DNA from: Candidatus Latescibacterota bacterium
Lineage (GTDB): Bacteria; Latescibacterota; UBA2968; GCA-2709665
Reading direction: 5' to 3'
DNA: 64,000 bases
Assembly: GCA_965219995.1 (NCBI GenBank)
Contig: CBDCOX010000002.1
Location: 3,808,001-3,872,000 of the forward strand
Made by a program: the position numbers and the translations under genes
Notes under the pieces: model-generated
What the model was told of the DNA's origin: nothing
The model's database searches: none
The model's input: the letters and a program-made list of their open reading frames with translations, nothing else
Shown here: in pieces, positions 10,751-20,987 of the stretch
Position numbering within the stretch: position 1 is the stretch's first letter
Layout: each line of letters starts with the position of its first letter

Positions 10751-11197
10751 ATGAGTCGTTGGCCCGGTGACCCACGAAAAGAACGTACGACGTTTGGCGG
10801 TTTGCGTCGTGGTGAACTGATGACCCGAGTGCGTAGCAAGGGTAATAAAACGACCGAAGAACGCCTTGCACGTCTCTTACGGGAGTGGCGATTAACCGGC
10901 TGGAGACGAAACCAACCGCTTCCGGGGCGACCGGATTTCGCGTTTTTGAAGGAGAAGGTCGCAGTCTTTGTGGATGGGTGTTTCTGGCATGGGCACAATT
11001 GTAGAAACTTGACGTCAAAGACAAATCCGAAGGCATGGCACGACAAAATTTCACGTACCCAGGCAAGGGACCGGCGTGCAAACCGTCTCCTTCGCCAGTT
11101 GGGATGGAAAGTCATGCGCATTTGGGAGTGTCGTCTGGCAAAAGCCCCGGACGTCTGTATGCGACGAATAAAACGCAAACTCAAAGAGAATAGATGA
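10751..11197 (+). CDS. vsr: Very short patch repair endonuclease
   Basis: GRPDFAF, VFVDGCFWHGH and GWKVMRIWEC. Confidence 0.93.
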   Translation: MSRWPGDPRKERTTFGGLRRGELMTRVRSKGNKTTEERLARLLREWRLTGWRRNQPLPGRPDFAFLKEKVAVFVDGCFWHGHNCRNLTSKTNPKAWHDKISRTQARDRRANRLLRQLGWKVMRIWECRLAKAPDVCMRRIKRKLKENR

Positions 11198-11296
11198 ACC
11201 ACGCAGCAGGTCTGTAGACCCCCCCAGATAAGTGATTCGGCAATTCCGACGCAAAGAAGTCCAACCGATTTGTATCTACCTCTATTGACACATACA

Positions 11297-12436
11297 ATGA
11301 GAGTCAGCATTCGAGACAAGCGGTGCCTAAATGAGATTTCGCCTGCGGCGCTGTCGGCATATGCCCGTGCAGCTGGCTGGAGACGGACAGGCGACTATGG
11401 CGACTCTTCAGACGTTTACGCGTCGGACGGCTTACCGGAGATCATACTGCCGCGGACCCAACGATTGGGTGATTATGCAATCGTCGTATCGCGACTCATT
11501 GAAATCTTCGCCGACGTGGCAGGTACCGACGAACTTTCTCTCTACCACGACCTGGTTTCCTTCGATCGAGACGTCATTCGCGTTGGGGCCGACGAAGGCG
11601 GCGATGGCGTCGCGTCAGCAAGCGATCGGATCGACCTTGCGCGCGCTGCACGCGATATGGTCCTGGCAGCGGCCTGTTCGCTCAATGATCCGCAGTCGGT
11701 CTATCGCGCTGCTGCGGACAATGAGTCCCGGAACCTTGTCCGCAAATTGCGAATGGGGCAAACCGAGCAAGATAGCTTTGTTGTTACCCTGCTGACCCCC
11801 GTCTTTTCGCCACCCCTACAACAATCCTTCATTCAGCACTCGGAGCACAACGAAGACCCGATTGAGCGCAGGATGACAAAGCGTCTTGTTTCCGCGCTGC
11901 GAGCCGCCCGGCATGCGACGGATGGAATTGTCGGCGGAAAAGTTGACGCTTTCCTGCACGCCGTAGACGATGGTGTAAGCGCCAATCTGTGCGAAGCGCT
12001 CATAAGGTTGATCGAACCCTTCGAAACACTGGACGTCAGTCTGACCTGGGCCGGCACCCGTCCGACGAATACGGCACGGGAGCTCGTTCACTTTGCCAAA
12101 TCAGATGTACCTATCCTCCGTGAGGCCGCAAGTCTGTTCCGTAATCGCGGACCCAAACCGGACGTGCTGCTATTCGGTTTTGTGCAGAGGCGCAAGGGGC
12201 GACCGGAGTCTGCGGATGCAACAATCACCTTACGAGCTTACGTTGACGGGCAAATTCAGTCAGTTGAAGCCGCACTGAACCAGTCCGATTACGAGCAAGC
12301 CATCAGGGCGCGTAAACACAATGCGTCGGTGATTCTCGCAGGCGATCTTGTGCGTAACGGCAAACGGCGGCGCTTGCTGAATCCACGCATCGTTGCCGTT
12401 ATTCCGCAAGGCAACACGCAGGAAGAGGGAGAATGA
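11297..12436 (+). CDS. Uncharacterised defence-island protein
   Basis: 379-aa ORF; motifs MGQTEQDSFVV and GVSANLCEAL; no catalytic family recognised. Confidence 0.75.
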   Translation: MRVSIRDKRCLNEISPAALSAYARAAGWRRTGDYGDSSDVYASDGLPEIILPRTQRLGDYAIVVSRLIEIFADVAGTDELSLYHDLVSFDRDVIRVGADEGGDGVASASDRIDLARAARDMVLAAACSLNDPQSVYRAAADNESRNLVRKLRMGQTEQDSFVVTLLTPVFSPPLQQSFIQHSEHNEDPIERRMTKRLVSALRAARHATDGIVGGKVDAFLHAVDDGVSANLCEALIRLIEPFETLDVSLTWAGTRPTNTARELVHFAKSDVPILREAASLFRNRGPKPDVLLFGFVQRRKGRPESADATITLRAYVDGQIQSVEAALNQSDYEQAIRARKHNASVILAGDLVRNGKRRRLLNPRIVAVIPQGNTQEEGE

Positions 12437-12519
12437 GGATGATCGATCACATCCACTCCATGGCATTTTCGATACAGGCAAATCCTGGCGTGTATAGAAC
12501 AAACCGTGTCGGAGCCTGA
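12433..12519 (+). pseudogene. Truncated 5' fragment of a SIR2-family gene
   Basis: ATGA overlap with the upstream stop; MRMIDHIHSMAFSIQANPGVY resembles SIR2-family N-termini but breaks off before the GSGVS motif. Confidence 0.6.
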
Positions 12520-12521
12520 CG

Positions 12522-13400
12522 ATGAGTGAGCCACTGGGATTCTCGGTAAGAATCTTCGTGCCTTCCGGCGAGCCGGAAGGCCTACGTGTCGTCGAGAAAT
12601 CGAATTGGACCGGGCAGGGTTTCGTTTTTCCCAGATCGCATTTTAGCACGGTTCGCGACAAGGAATTACTCAATCATACTGGCGTGTACGTTCTCTGGGA
12701 ACCTGGCGAATTTGGGCAACTACCACTGGCTTACATTGGTGAGGCAGATGTGTTGTCACGAAGACTGGAGCATCACGCCAAAAACAAGGATTTCTGGACC
12801 AACGTCATTGCGTTCCTCAGCAAGGACCACAGCTTGAATAAAGCGCACGCGAAGTACCTTGAAGCGCGGCTGGTAGACCTCGCAGATCAGGCAAAACGCT
12901 GCGAACTGACGAATGGCAACGTCCCGAGAACGCCATCGCTTTCGCCTGCGGATAAAGTGGATGCGGAGCTGTATTTGGCGGATATGTTACTATGTCTTCC
13001 TGTTGTGGGCGTAAACTTCTTCGATAAGCCGCGACGGGAGGCGGGAACGAGTCGAGACTTTTTGCTGAACGCGAAGGGTATATTGGCACGCGGTTACGAA
13101 GCGGCAAGCGGTTTTGTCGTACGTGCTGATTCGCAAGCAGTCAAGGAACAGGTTGCATCAATCTCGTCGTCCATATCAGACCTGCGTAACATACTTTGTC
13201 GAAAGAAGATTCTCGAAGATGCAGGCGCCAATTACAGGGTCGTTCAAGACTATCCTTTCAGTTCACCGTCTAAGGCGGCCAGCGTCCTCTTGGGAGCCCC
13301 GATGAATGGCCTCACTGCCTGGAAGGACGCCGATGGAAGAACATTAAAGGAAATTCGGGACGTAGAAGTAGGTAATGCGGGTGAATCCGTTGCCGAGTAA
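12522..13400 (+). CDS. GIY-YIG nuclease family protein with C-terminal DUF4357-like domain
   Basis: GVYVL...AYIGEA...RRLEHH; C-terminal FSSPSKAA...NGLTAWKDADGRTL. Confidence 0.88.
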   Translation: MSEPLGFSVRIFVPSGEPEGLRVVEKSNWTGQGFVFPRSHFSTVRDKELLNHTGVYVLWEPGEFGQLPLAYIGEADVLSRRLEHHAKNKDFWTNVIAFLSKDHSLNKAHAKYLEARLVDLADQAKRCELTNGNVPRTPSLSPADKVDAELYLADMLLCLPVVGVNFFDKPRREAGTSRDFLLNAKGILARGYEAASGFVVRADSQAVKEQVASISSSISDLRNILCRKKILEDAGANYRVVQDYPFSSPSKAASVLLGAPMNGLTAWKDADGRTLKEIRDVEVGNAGESVAE

Positions 13401-13488
13401 ACCGATCGGCGTAAATTGACAGTCGCCGCGAAATTGCGCAGTCTTTGTTCGAGAATCATCAGGGCTCCAACGAGCTATCGAGATTCGA

Positions 13489-13938
13489 ATGGCAGACCTC
13501 GACCTCACTCAAGCAGAAGCAGACGCGTTGATTGAAATGGAAAAACACCGGGTAAATGATGACCAGGCAAGTTTCCCGATGGGTGGCGAGTCCGTTGTTA
13601 TCCCACTTCAGTCGGTCGAAAGGCGAGAGCAGTTCCTGCTCGACTTGAGTCGCGCGAGCATCAATCTTTCAAAAGTCAAAATGCAGACTCGCGGGCGGCA
13701 AGTCGTCGTGCTGGTTCGTCTCGATCTGGGTGGTGCGCCACATCGAAATCCGGATGGCGAAGAAATACCCGTACCGCACGTCCACGTTTACCGCGAAGGC
13801 TACGGCGACAAGTGGGCGGTAGTTGTACCCACGGACGGGTTCCTTGCTGTCGGTGATGCCTGGATGATGTACGAACAGTTTCTGCAGTTCTGCAACGTCA
13901 CGCGACCGCCGAATGTCGTAAGGGAGCTTTTTACATGA
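13489..13938 (+). CDS. DUF6978-like protein
   Basis: [17 protein letters not shown]...[15 protein letters not shown]. Confidence 0.75.
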   Translation: MADLDLTQAEADALIEMEKHRVNDDQASFPMGGESVVIPLQSVERREQFLLDLSRASINLSKVKMQTRGRQVVVLVRLDLGGAPHRNPDGEEIPVPHVHVYREGYGDKWAVVVPTDGFLAVGDAWMMYEQFLQFCNVTRPPNVVRELFT

Positions 13939-14699
13939 TTCGAGAAATTCAGATCCTCATTGATGATTATTATGCTTGGCTCAAGGACAAGACAATCCTG
14001 AACCAAATCGACCAGTGGGTCGAGATTACCACGCCTTATTTGGATAGACACAACGACTACCTACAGATCTATGCGAGAGATGCGAATGGAGGCTTTGTGT
14101 TAACGGATGACGGATATACAATTGAGGATCTTGCCCAAAATGGTTGCAATCTCGAAAGTCCCAAACGGCAAGATCTGCTGCAAATGACGCTCAACGGTTT
14201 TGGAGTCCATAGAGACGGACGTGAGTTACAGGTCCTTGCATCAGCCGACAACTTTGCAATCCAAAAACACAATCTCTTACAGGCGATGCTGGCCGTCAAC
14301 GATATGTTCTATATGGCGGCACCCACGGTGGCGAACATCTTTTATGAAGATGTGGAAGCTTGGCTTGATCTCTGCGATATTCGCCACACGCCAAAGGTGA
14401 AGTTTACAGGTCAAACGGGGTATGATCATCTCTTTGATTTCGTGATTCCGAAATCTCGGGAGCGGCCGGAGCGGCTCATACAGACAGTCAACCGCCCAAG
14501 TCGTTCAACCGCTCAGAACGTTGTACTTGCTTGGATTGACACAAAGGAAGTCCGCACGCCGGGGTCACGTGTGTACGCATTTCTGAACGATTCGGAAAGA
14601 AAGGTCGATCAGACAGTGATGGCCGCACTACGGAGCTACGACGTCAGACCAGTGGTTTGGAGTCAGCGTGAAGACGCGAGAATGGAATTGGCGGCTTGA
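13935..14699 (+). CDS. DUF1828/DUF1829-like protein
   Basis: [11 protein letters not shown]...LTDDGYT and [16 protein letters not shown]; ATGA overlap with the upstream gene. Confidence 0.8.
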   Translation: MIREIQILIDDYYAWLKDKTILNQIDQWVEITTPYLDRHNDYLQIYARDANGGFVLTDDGYTIEDLAQNGCNLESPKRQDLLQMTLNGFGVHRDGRELQVLASADNFAIQKHNLLQAMLAVNDMFYMAAPTVANIFYEDVEAWLDLCDIRHTPKVKFTGQTGYDHLFDFVIPKSRERPERLIQTVNRPSRSTAQNVVLAWIDTKEVRTPGSRVYAFLNDSERKVDQTVMAALRSYDVRPVVWSQREDARMELAA

Positions 14700-14784
14700 A
14701 CATCGACGCGTTATTTTCGTCGTCGGTGCTATCGACTCATTTCCATCTGCTCCATCACCCTCCGACCAAAAAAACACTACCATT

Positions 14785-14825
14785 TACTCAATGTATTGAG
14801 TATAATTACTCATTATGTTGAGTAA
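14785..14825 (+). promoter_or_regulatory. Tandem TACTCA-N6-TGAGTA dyads with an embedded TATAAT, overlapping the start codon
   Basis: Dyads at 14785-14802 and 14807-14824; TATAAT at 14801-14806; ATG at 14815. Confidence 0.7.
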
Positions 14826-16023
14826 ATTGTCATATACGCGTCCGCACGCGGAGGATCTGCTGCTGCGGTTGCGTGAGCCGCGGCGTTTTGTTCAGGTCGT
14901 CGCCGGGCCGAGGCAGGTGGGGAAGACGACCCTGATCACGCATGTCGCGGAGAGGTCCGGGCTGCCGTATCGCTACGCCAGCGCCGACGAACCCACGTTA
15001 CGCGGACCGGAATGGATTGCGCAACAGTGGGACGCGGCGCGGCTTATTCTTGACGATGCAGGGGAGGATGGCGCGCTTCTCATCCTGGACGAAATCCAGA
15101 AAGCGCCAAACTGGTCGGAGGTGGTCAAACGACTTTGGGACGAGGATACGCTGAGCCAGCGACGGCTCAAGGTTGTGCTGTCGGGTTCGGCGCAGCTCCT
15201 GATCGGACGAGGCCTTACGGAGAGCCTTGCCGGGCGTTTCGAGCTTCTGCACGTTCCGCATTGGAGCCTGCTCGAAATGCGGACCGCTTTCGGCTGGTCT
15301 CCGGAACAGTTCTTGTTCTACGGCGCCTATCCCGGCGCGGCGCCGCTGGTGCAGGAGCAGGCCCGTTGGTCCCGGTACATCAGGGACTCACTCATCGAAA
15401 CAACCATTTCGCGAGACGTCCTGCTGCTTTCACGCGTGGACAAACCGGCCTTGTTGCGCCGGATGTTCGAATTGGGATGCGCGTATTCCGGCCAGATCCT
15501 TTCCTATTCGAAAATGCTGGGCCAACTGCACGACGCCGGAAACACCACGACGCTGGCGCACTATCTCGATCTGCTGGCAGCCGCGGGAATGCTCCGGGGA
15601 ATACAGAAGTACGCCGGAGCGGCGGTTCGGCGCCGGAGTTCCAGCCCTAAGTTGCAGGTCTACAACACGGCCCTGATGACAGCGGGATCGGGCCTAACAC
15701 TTGCGCAGGCGCGCGCCGATCACGAATTCTGGGGGCGGCTGGTCGAGTCAGCGGTAGGGGCTCACCTGGTGAATGCCGCTGCCGGCGGCGCGTGCGAGGT
15801 CTTCTACTGGCGCGACCGTCACAACGAGGTGGATTTCGTTGTGCGGTCCGGACGAACGATCACGGCCATTGAAGTCAAGAGCGGGCGAACCGGCCGGAAC
15901 CCCGCGGGAATGGCCGCCTTCGCCGAGGCCTTCCAACCGACCCGCAGACTGCTCGTCGGAGGCGACGGCATTGCCCTCGATGAGTTCCTCTCGAAATCGG
16001 TAGAGCTTTGGGTACATGAATGA
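14815..16023 (+). CDS. AAA_14 ATPase with DUF4143 and C-terminal nuclease-like domain
   Basis: GPRQVGKT, LILDEIQ, SLAGR and EVDFVV...IEVKSG. Confidence 0.92.
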   Translation: MLSKLSYTRPHAEDLLLRLREPRRFVQVVAGPRQVGKTTLITHVAERSGLPYRYASADEPTLRGPEWIAQQWDAARLILDDAGEDGALLILDEIQKAPNWSEVVKRLWDEDTLSQRRLKVVLSGSAQLLIGRGLTESLAGRFELLHVPHWSLLEMRTAFGWSPEQFLFYGAYPGAAPLVQEQARWSRYIRDSLIETTISRDVLLLSRVDKPALLRRMFELGCAYSGQILSYSKMLGQLHDAGNTTTLAHYLDLLAAAGMLRGIQKYAGAAVRRRSSSPKLQVYNTALMTAGSGLTLAQARADHEFWGRLVESAVGAHLVNAAAGGACEVFYWRDRHNEVDFVVRSGRTITAIEVKSGRTGRNPAGMAAFAEAFQPTRRLLVGGDGIALDEFLSKSVELWVHE

Positions 16024-16047
16024 AGGCCCTGGTCGTGCAAAAAATCA

Positions 16048-16343
16048 GGGCAACCACAAGGGTTGCCCCTACGCAGGACGTGGAACGGGATTCTGACGGA
16101 CGTGCGTTGACGATCGTTGCATTGCAATTGTAAAATTCGTTACAACGCTCAACCCTATCTGAGGCATAATTTCAAGTGTAGGGGCGCCCCTTGTGGGTGC
16201 CCGGCCATTCGGTGACAGGTAAGCGGTCGACACATCAACCTGGGCAACAACAAGGGTTGCCCATACGCGCTGTACGGGATATGATATTTCCAACCAGGTG
16301 AATCGAACCATCGGAATTGTAGGGGCGCCCCTTGTGGGTGCCC
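16048..16343. repeat. Cluster of four GTAG-type REPs in alternating orientation
   Basis: 16048-16072, 16178-16202, 16242-16266 (degenerate) and 16319-16343; same family as 1223-1420. Confidence 0.88.
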
Positions 16344-16383
16344 GCACATATCACGTTAACCACAGAAATACGGGAGAATTCCA

Positions 16384-17373
16384 ATGCCCGAGTCGATACT
16401 GAAACAACTGGAAGGCGGCGTGGTGCTGGGCGACGGGGGGTACCTGCTCGCGTTGGAGAATCGGGGCTACGTCCAGGCCGGTCCGTTCACGCCGGAAGTG
16501 ACCATCGAGAACCCGAACGCGCTGCTTGCGTTGCACGAGGAATTCGTGCACGCCGGGGCGGAGGTCCTGCAGGTGCTCACCTTTTACGCCAGCGAAAACA
16601 AGCTGGCGCAGGTCGGCTATGCCGGCAGACTGGAAGAGATCAATCGCGCGGCCGTCAGAATCGCTCGCGAGGCCGCCGGCGACAGGGCGCTCGTCGCCGG
16701 GAATATCTGCCTCACGTGGAAGTACCCCGCATCGGAGGACGAATGCCGGCGCCTGTTCGACGCCCAGCTCGGTTACCAGATGGCCGAAGGCGTGGACTTC
16801 ATCATCGGCGAGACGTTTCTCCACGCGGGCGAGGCCCTGATCGCCCTCGAGCGTGTGAAAAGCACCGGCCTTCCCGCCATGATTACGCTGGCGTTCGAAG
16901 GTCCGGAAACCCGCGACGGAAAGTCCCCGGGCGAGGCCGCTAAGATGCTGGAAGGCGCGGGCGCCGACGTGGTGGGCGCCAATTGCTGGCAGGACCCCAC
17001 CTTCATGTTCCCCGCCATCGAGCAGATGCGCGAAGCGGTGAATTGCCATGTGGCCGCCCAGCCGGTCGCCTACCGGTGCACGCCGGAGGTACCCTTCTTC
17101 ACCGGTCAGCCAGGCTTTCCGGACAGGCTGGACGACTACAAGATCAGCCGCTATGAGATGGGCGACTTCGCTAAAGACGCCCTGGACCTGGGGGTGAACT
17201 ATATCGGCGGCTGTTGCGGATGCGAGGGATCGCACATCCGCCAGATGGCGCGCGCCATCGGCAAAATGCCCGCCGAAGAGCGCGAATGGGACGCGGATTA
17301 CCAGAAACCCCAGTCGGCGACCGAAGCGTACAGAGAAATCCGGGAGCAATCCGGCGCTGCTCCCGGAGCATGA
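16384..17373 (+). CDS. Homocysteine S-methyltransferase family protein (BHMT-like)
   Basis: GDGGY, HEEFVHAGAEV, GANC and IGGCCG Zn ligands. Confidence 0.9.
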   Translation: MPESILKQLEGGVVLGDGGYLLALENRGYVQAGPFTPEVTIENPNALLALHEEFVHAGAEVLQVLTFYASENKLAQVGYAGRLEEINRAAVRIAREAAGDRALVAGNICLTWKYPASEDECRRLFDAQLGYQMAEGVDFIIGETFLHAGEALIALERVKSTGLPAMITLAFEGPETRDGKSPGEAAKMLEGAGADVVGANCWQDPTFMFPAIEQMREAVNCHVAAQPVAYRCTPEVPFFTGQPGFPDRLDDYKISRYEMGDFAKDALDLGVNYIGGCCGCEGSHIRQMARAIGKMPAEEREWDADYQKPQSATEAYREIREQSGAAPGA

Positions 17374-17412
17374 TCTGGTCGCGATTGCAGATCCATGCGC
17401 GTGACATCGAGA

Positions 17413-18192
17413 TCAATCCGCCCGCCGGTCGGTTTCGCCCCACTCCCAGCAGGTCACCCGATACCCCTTTCCCCGTAACGCCACGGCGCCCACGTACCCG
17501 GCGCCGGGGTCCAGCGCTTTCATAAACCACTCCGTCGACGCGTTCGGGTCATCGTTCACGTGCAGCAAAGCCGCGGGGGTTCCGGGCGCCAGCGAAACTT
17601 CGAATGCATCCAGCGGGTAGGCGAGGCCGTCGCCCAATGCCTTGATATAAGCCTCTTTGCGCGTCCAGCAATTGAAGAACGCCTCGTATCGGACCTCCGG
17701 CGGAAGGGCCCGAATCGCGGCGACCTCCCCTGGGGAGAAGAAACGTCCCGCGATCCGCATGTGGTACTGAACCGCCCGCACGCGCTCCACGTCCACACCG
17801 ATATCCCGCGAGCCCACCACCGCCAGCAGCGCGAGTTCGCTGGAATGAGACAGATTGAAACGAAGCGCCTTTCCTGCCGGATCGTCCTTCAGAAACGGCT
17901 TTCCCCGGTGCCCGTAGTTGAAATCCAGGCGTTCGGGCGCGCGATTCAGATACCGGCCCAGGATTCGCCTGAGGGACGCCCGTCCCGCAATAAAACGCGC
18001 CCGGTGTCGGTCAAAGACAAACCGGGCTGCGCGCGCGTCCTCGTCTTCGGAGAGCACGTCCCGCATCTCTCGAATCTCAAACGCCGGCCGGTCGAGACGC
18101 ATCCGCCAGACCTGTATTTCGCTGTCGGACGCCACCGGATGCCGAGGCGGCGGACGCCAGATTCCGGATGTTGATCGGTCGATTGAATTCAC
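17413..18192 (-). CDS. Sfp-type 4'-phosphopantetheinyl transferase
   Basis: GKP, FNLSHS, IGVDVE and [10 protein letters not shown]; GTG start overlaps the TGA of the upstream dehydratase. Confidence 0.9.
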   Translation of the reverse strand: MNSIDRSTSGIWRPPPRHPVASDSEIQVWRMRLDRPAFEIREMRDVLSEDEDARAARFVFDRHRARFIAGRASLRRILGRYLNRAPERLDFNYGHRGKPFLKDDPAGKALRFNLSHSSELALLAVVGSRDIGVDVERVRAVQYHMRIAGRFFSPGEVAAIRALPPEVRYEAFFNCWTRKEAYIKALGDGLAYPLDAFEVSLAPGTPAALLHVNDDPNASTEWFMKALDPGAGYVGAVALRGKGYRVTCWEWGETDRRAD

Positions 18193-20177
18193 GAGGGCGT
18201 ACCGCCATTCAACCGGTTCACGATCGCATCGACGTCGTACACGCACCCGCCCCAGGTTCCACCGCCCACGTTCTGCAGCGCTGCCCACAGCCGGGTATCT
18301 TCCGGCAGGTCCGCATCGGGCGCCAGGTCGGTGCGCGTGGCGCGGTCGGCCAGGATGCGACCACCCTCGTCGGGTCCGAAACGGGTCTGGCCCGTGCCCA
18401 CGAAGTCGATGCTGCCCGAGAGGTCCTTCCGGTCGATGACAATCTCCACCACGTCCCCATCCTCCAACTTGCCGATGGGGCCGCCTGCCAGCGCTTCCGG
18501 GCCTACATGACCGATACAGGCCCCCGTCGAAAACCCCGAAAAGCGCGCGTCCGTCAGCACCGCCACATGTTTCCCGAAATCCAGGTACTTGAGCGCGGTG
18601 GTGATCTGCGCGATCTCCTCCATCCCCGCGCCCATCGGGCCCCGCCCGATCAACACCATCACGTCTCCCGGTTTTACGCCCGTCGGACCGGAATCCTTCA
18701 GCGCGGCGGCGGCCGCGCGTTCGGTGGTGAACACCTTCACCGGGCCGGTCATCCGGTACACGCCGTCGGCGTCGACGACCGAGGGGTCGATCGCGGTGCT
18801 TTTGACCACGGACCCTTCCGGCGCGACATTCCCGGTGGGAAAACAGACGGTGCTGGTCAACCCTCTGTTTCGCGCGCGGCCGGCATCCATGATCACGCGG
18901 TCCGGGTCGACTCCGTCCTGATCGTACAACGCCGCCCTCAGTCTGGACCTTCGCTCGGATCCCTCCCACCAGTCCAGATTCTCGCCCAGTGTCTGCCCGG
19001 ATATCGTGAGCGCGCCCGTTTCCAGCAACCCCAGGCTCCGCAGGTGCAGCATCACTTCCGGCACGCCGCCGGCCAGAAACGCCCGGACGGTCGGATGGAA
19101 TTCGGGACCGTTGGGCAGCACGTCCACCAGGCGGGGAACCTGGCGGTTCACGTGGCTCCAATCGGCCACGGTGGGCCGTGAGAGCCCGGCCGCGTAGGCC
19201 ACCGCGGGAATGTGCAAGAGCAGGTTGGTCGATCCGCCGAACGCGGCGTGCGTGACCATCGCGTTGCGGACCGCGGCATCCGTTACGACGTCGGCCGTCG
19301 TGAGTCCCGTGGCCTGCATCGCGAACACCGCGCGGGCGGACCGGAGCGCCATGTCCAGCCAGACCGCTTCTCCCGACGGCGCCAGGGCGGAATGGGTCAA
19401 CGCGAGACCCAGTGCTTCGGCCACCACCTGTGAAGTGGCCGCGGTGCCCAGAAACTGGCAGCCGCCGCCCGGCGACGCGCAGGCCCGGCAGCCCAGGTCC
19501 TGCACCTCGGAGAGCGTCATCTCTCCGTGCGCCAGCCGGACGCCCACCGACTGAATCTTGCCGGCGTCTTCGCCGTCTTCCGGCGGCAGCGTCACGCCTC
19601 CCGGCACGATCGCCGTGGGCAGGGAGTGCATCGCCGCCAGGGCGATCATCATCGCGGGCAATCCCTTGTCGCAGGTTGCAACGCCGATCACCCCTTTGCG
19701 GGTGGGAAGGGAGCGGACCAGGCGCCGGAGCACCGTCGCCGCATCGTTGCGATACGCGAGACTGTCCATCATGCCGGTCGTGCCCTGGGTCCTTCCGTCG
19801 CACGGGTCGGAGCAATACCCTGCGAAAGGAATGCCGCCCAGCCGGTGAATTTCCAGGGCGGCCTCCCGTACCAACAGCCCCACCTCCCAGTGTCCCGTAT
19901 GATATCCCAGCGCGACGGGCCGTCCGTCCGGTTCGCGAATGCCCCCCATCGTGCTGAGGATTAGAATCTCCGGCCGGCCCAACTCCGCGGGATTCCATCC
20001 CATGCCGGCGTTCTGGCTGTACCCGAAGATATCCCCGCTGGGCGATTCGATCACGTGCTCTTCGGTGAGGGAAATCAGCTGCCCCTCGGGTCCCGGCGCC
20101 CGGGTCCGGACGTCGTAGATCGTTTTGTCGTCGGACTGCAGGATGGCGCCTGTGGGTGTTTTGCTTACAGCGGACAT
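18189..20177 (-). CDS. YjhG/YagF-family D-xylonate (IlvD/Edd-type) dehydratase
   Basis: [31 protein letters not shown] and TDARFSG. Confidence 0.92.
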   Translation of the reverse strand: MSAVSKTPTGAILQSDDKTIYDVRTRAPGPEGQLISLTEEHVIESPSGDIFGYSQNAGMGWNPAELGRPEILILSTMGGIREPDGRPVALGYHTGHWEVGLLVREAALEIHRLGGIPFAGYCSDPCDGRTQGTTGMMDSLAYRNDAATVLRRLVRSLPTRKGVIGVATCDKGLPAMMIALAAMHSLPTAIVPGGVTLPPEDGEDAGKIQSVGVRLAHGEMTLSEVQDLGCRACASPGGGCQFLGTAATSQVVAEALGLALTHSALAPSGEAVWLDMALRSARAVFAMQATGLTTADVVTDAAVRNAMVTHAAFGGSTNLLLHIPAVAYAAGLSRPTVADWSHVNRQVPRLVDVLPNGPEFHPTVRAFLAGGVPEVMLHLRSLGLLETGALTISGQTLGENLDWWEGSERRSRLRAALYDQDGVDPDRVIMDAGRARNRGLTSTVCFPTGNVAPEGSVVKSTAIDPSVVDADGVYRMTGPVKVFTTERAAAAALKDSGPTGVKPGDVMVLIGRGPMGAGMEEIAQITTALKYLDFGKHVAVLTDARFSGFSTGACIGHVGPEALAGGPIGKLEDGDVVEIVIDRKDLSGSIDFVGTGQTRFGPDEGGRILADRATRTDLAPDADLPEDTRLWAALQNVGGGTWGGCVYDVDAIVNRLNGGTPS

Positions 20178-20216
20178 ACGAATCCTCGCAACGGTACGAA
20201 CCCATGCGACGGGCTG

Positions 20217-20987
20217 TTATGTCAGTCCCATCCCCTGCAGATTCCGCAGGCTGATTCCAAGGCTCTCAAACGGGTCCCGCTGGCACGTATCCTGTTCCAC
20301 GATGTACCACAGGGTGCCCGCGGCCTTGCATGCATCCATGATGGCCGGCCAGTTCAAGTTGCCCTCGCCCACCTCGGCGTAGAGCTGTTCCCGGCCGCGC
20401 ATGGCCATATCTTTCACGTGAACCAGGTCCGCACGGCCCGCGGCCTTGCGAATCCACGCGGCGGGGTCTCCGCCTCCGTGCTGGATCCAGTAGGTGTCGA
20501 TCTCGAGTTGAAAGACTTCGGGGTCGCTCTCCTCAAACAGGATCTGCAGGCCCGTGCGATCTCCGAAACGCTCCAGTTCAAAACTGTGGTTGTGATACCC
20601 GAAGGTGAGCCCTGCCGCCGCGAGCTTGCCGGCCACCTCGGACGCCTCCCGGGCGAACCGCCTGTAACCGTCGCCACCATCTTCGCGATAGGTCTGTGGT
20701 AGCCCGCCGATCGCCGGGTATTTGCATCCCCACAACAGGTGCTCGTCGATCACGGCCTGGGTTTCATCCCGCATGCGTTCGTAGCTGGTGTGGGTGGCGC
20801 AGATTTCGAGGCCTTCACCGTCCGCCAGGTCCTTGAGTTCCTGGGGGCTGATGTCTCCAAATGCCGATACCTGCATCGCATCGTATCCCAGCGCCTTCAC
20901 CTTTTTCAGACTGGCCGCGACATCCGCGGGTGTTTGTGTAAACTCGCGCACCGTGTACATCTGCGCCGCCAAAACCGTACCGGCCAT
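20217..20987 (-). CDS. Sugar phosphate isomerase/epimerase (TIM barrel)
   Basis: QMYTVRE, YHNHSFE, EIDTYW, HVKD and IVEQD. Confidence 0.9.
   Translation of the reverse strand: MAGTVLAAQMYTVREFTQTPADVAASLKKVKALGYDAMQVSAFGDISPQELKDLADGEGLEICATHTSYERMRDETQAVIDEHLLWGCKYPAIGGLPQTYREDGGDGYRRFAREASEVAGKLAAAGLTFGYHNHSFELERFGDRTGLQILFEESDPEVFQLEIDTYWIQHGGGDPAAWIRKAAGRADLVHVKDMAMRGREQLYAEVGEGNLNWPAIMDACKAAGTLWYIVEQDTCQRDPFESLGISLRNLQGMGLT

Noticed and set aside
2218-16023. Integron cassette array
   Set aside because: The genes are co-oriented, but I saw no repeated attC (RYYYAAC...GTTRRRY) sites and no intI, and several genes overlap or have their own promoters.
17413-20205. 930-aa ORF as a giant PPTase fusion
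   Set aside because: The upstream ~670 codons are an off-frame shadow of the dehydratase; only 17413-18192 looks like a real protein.
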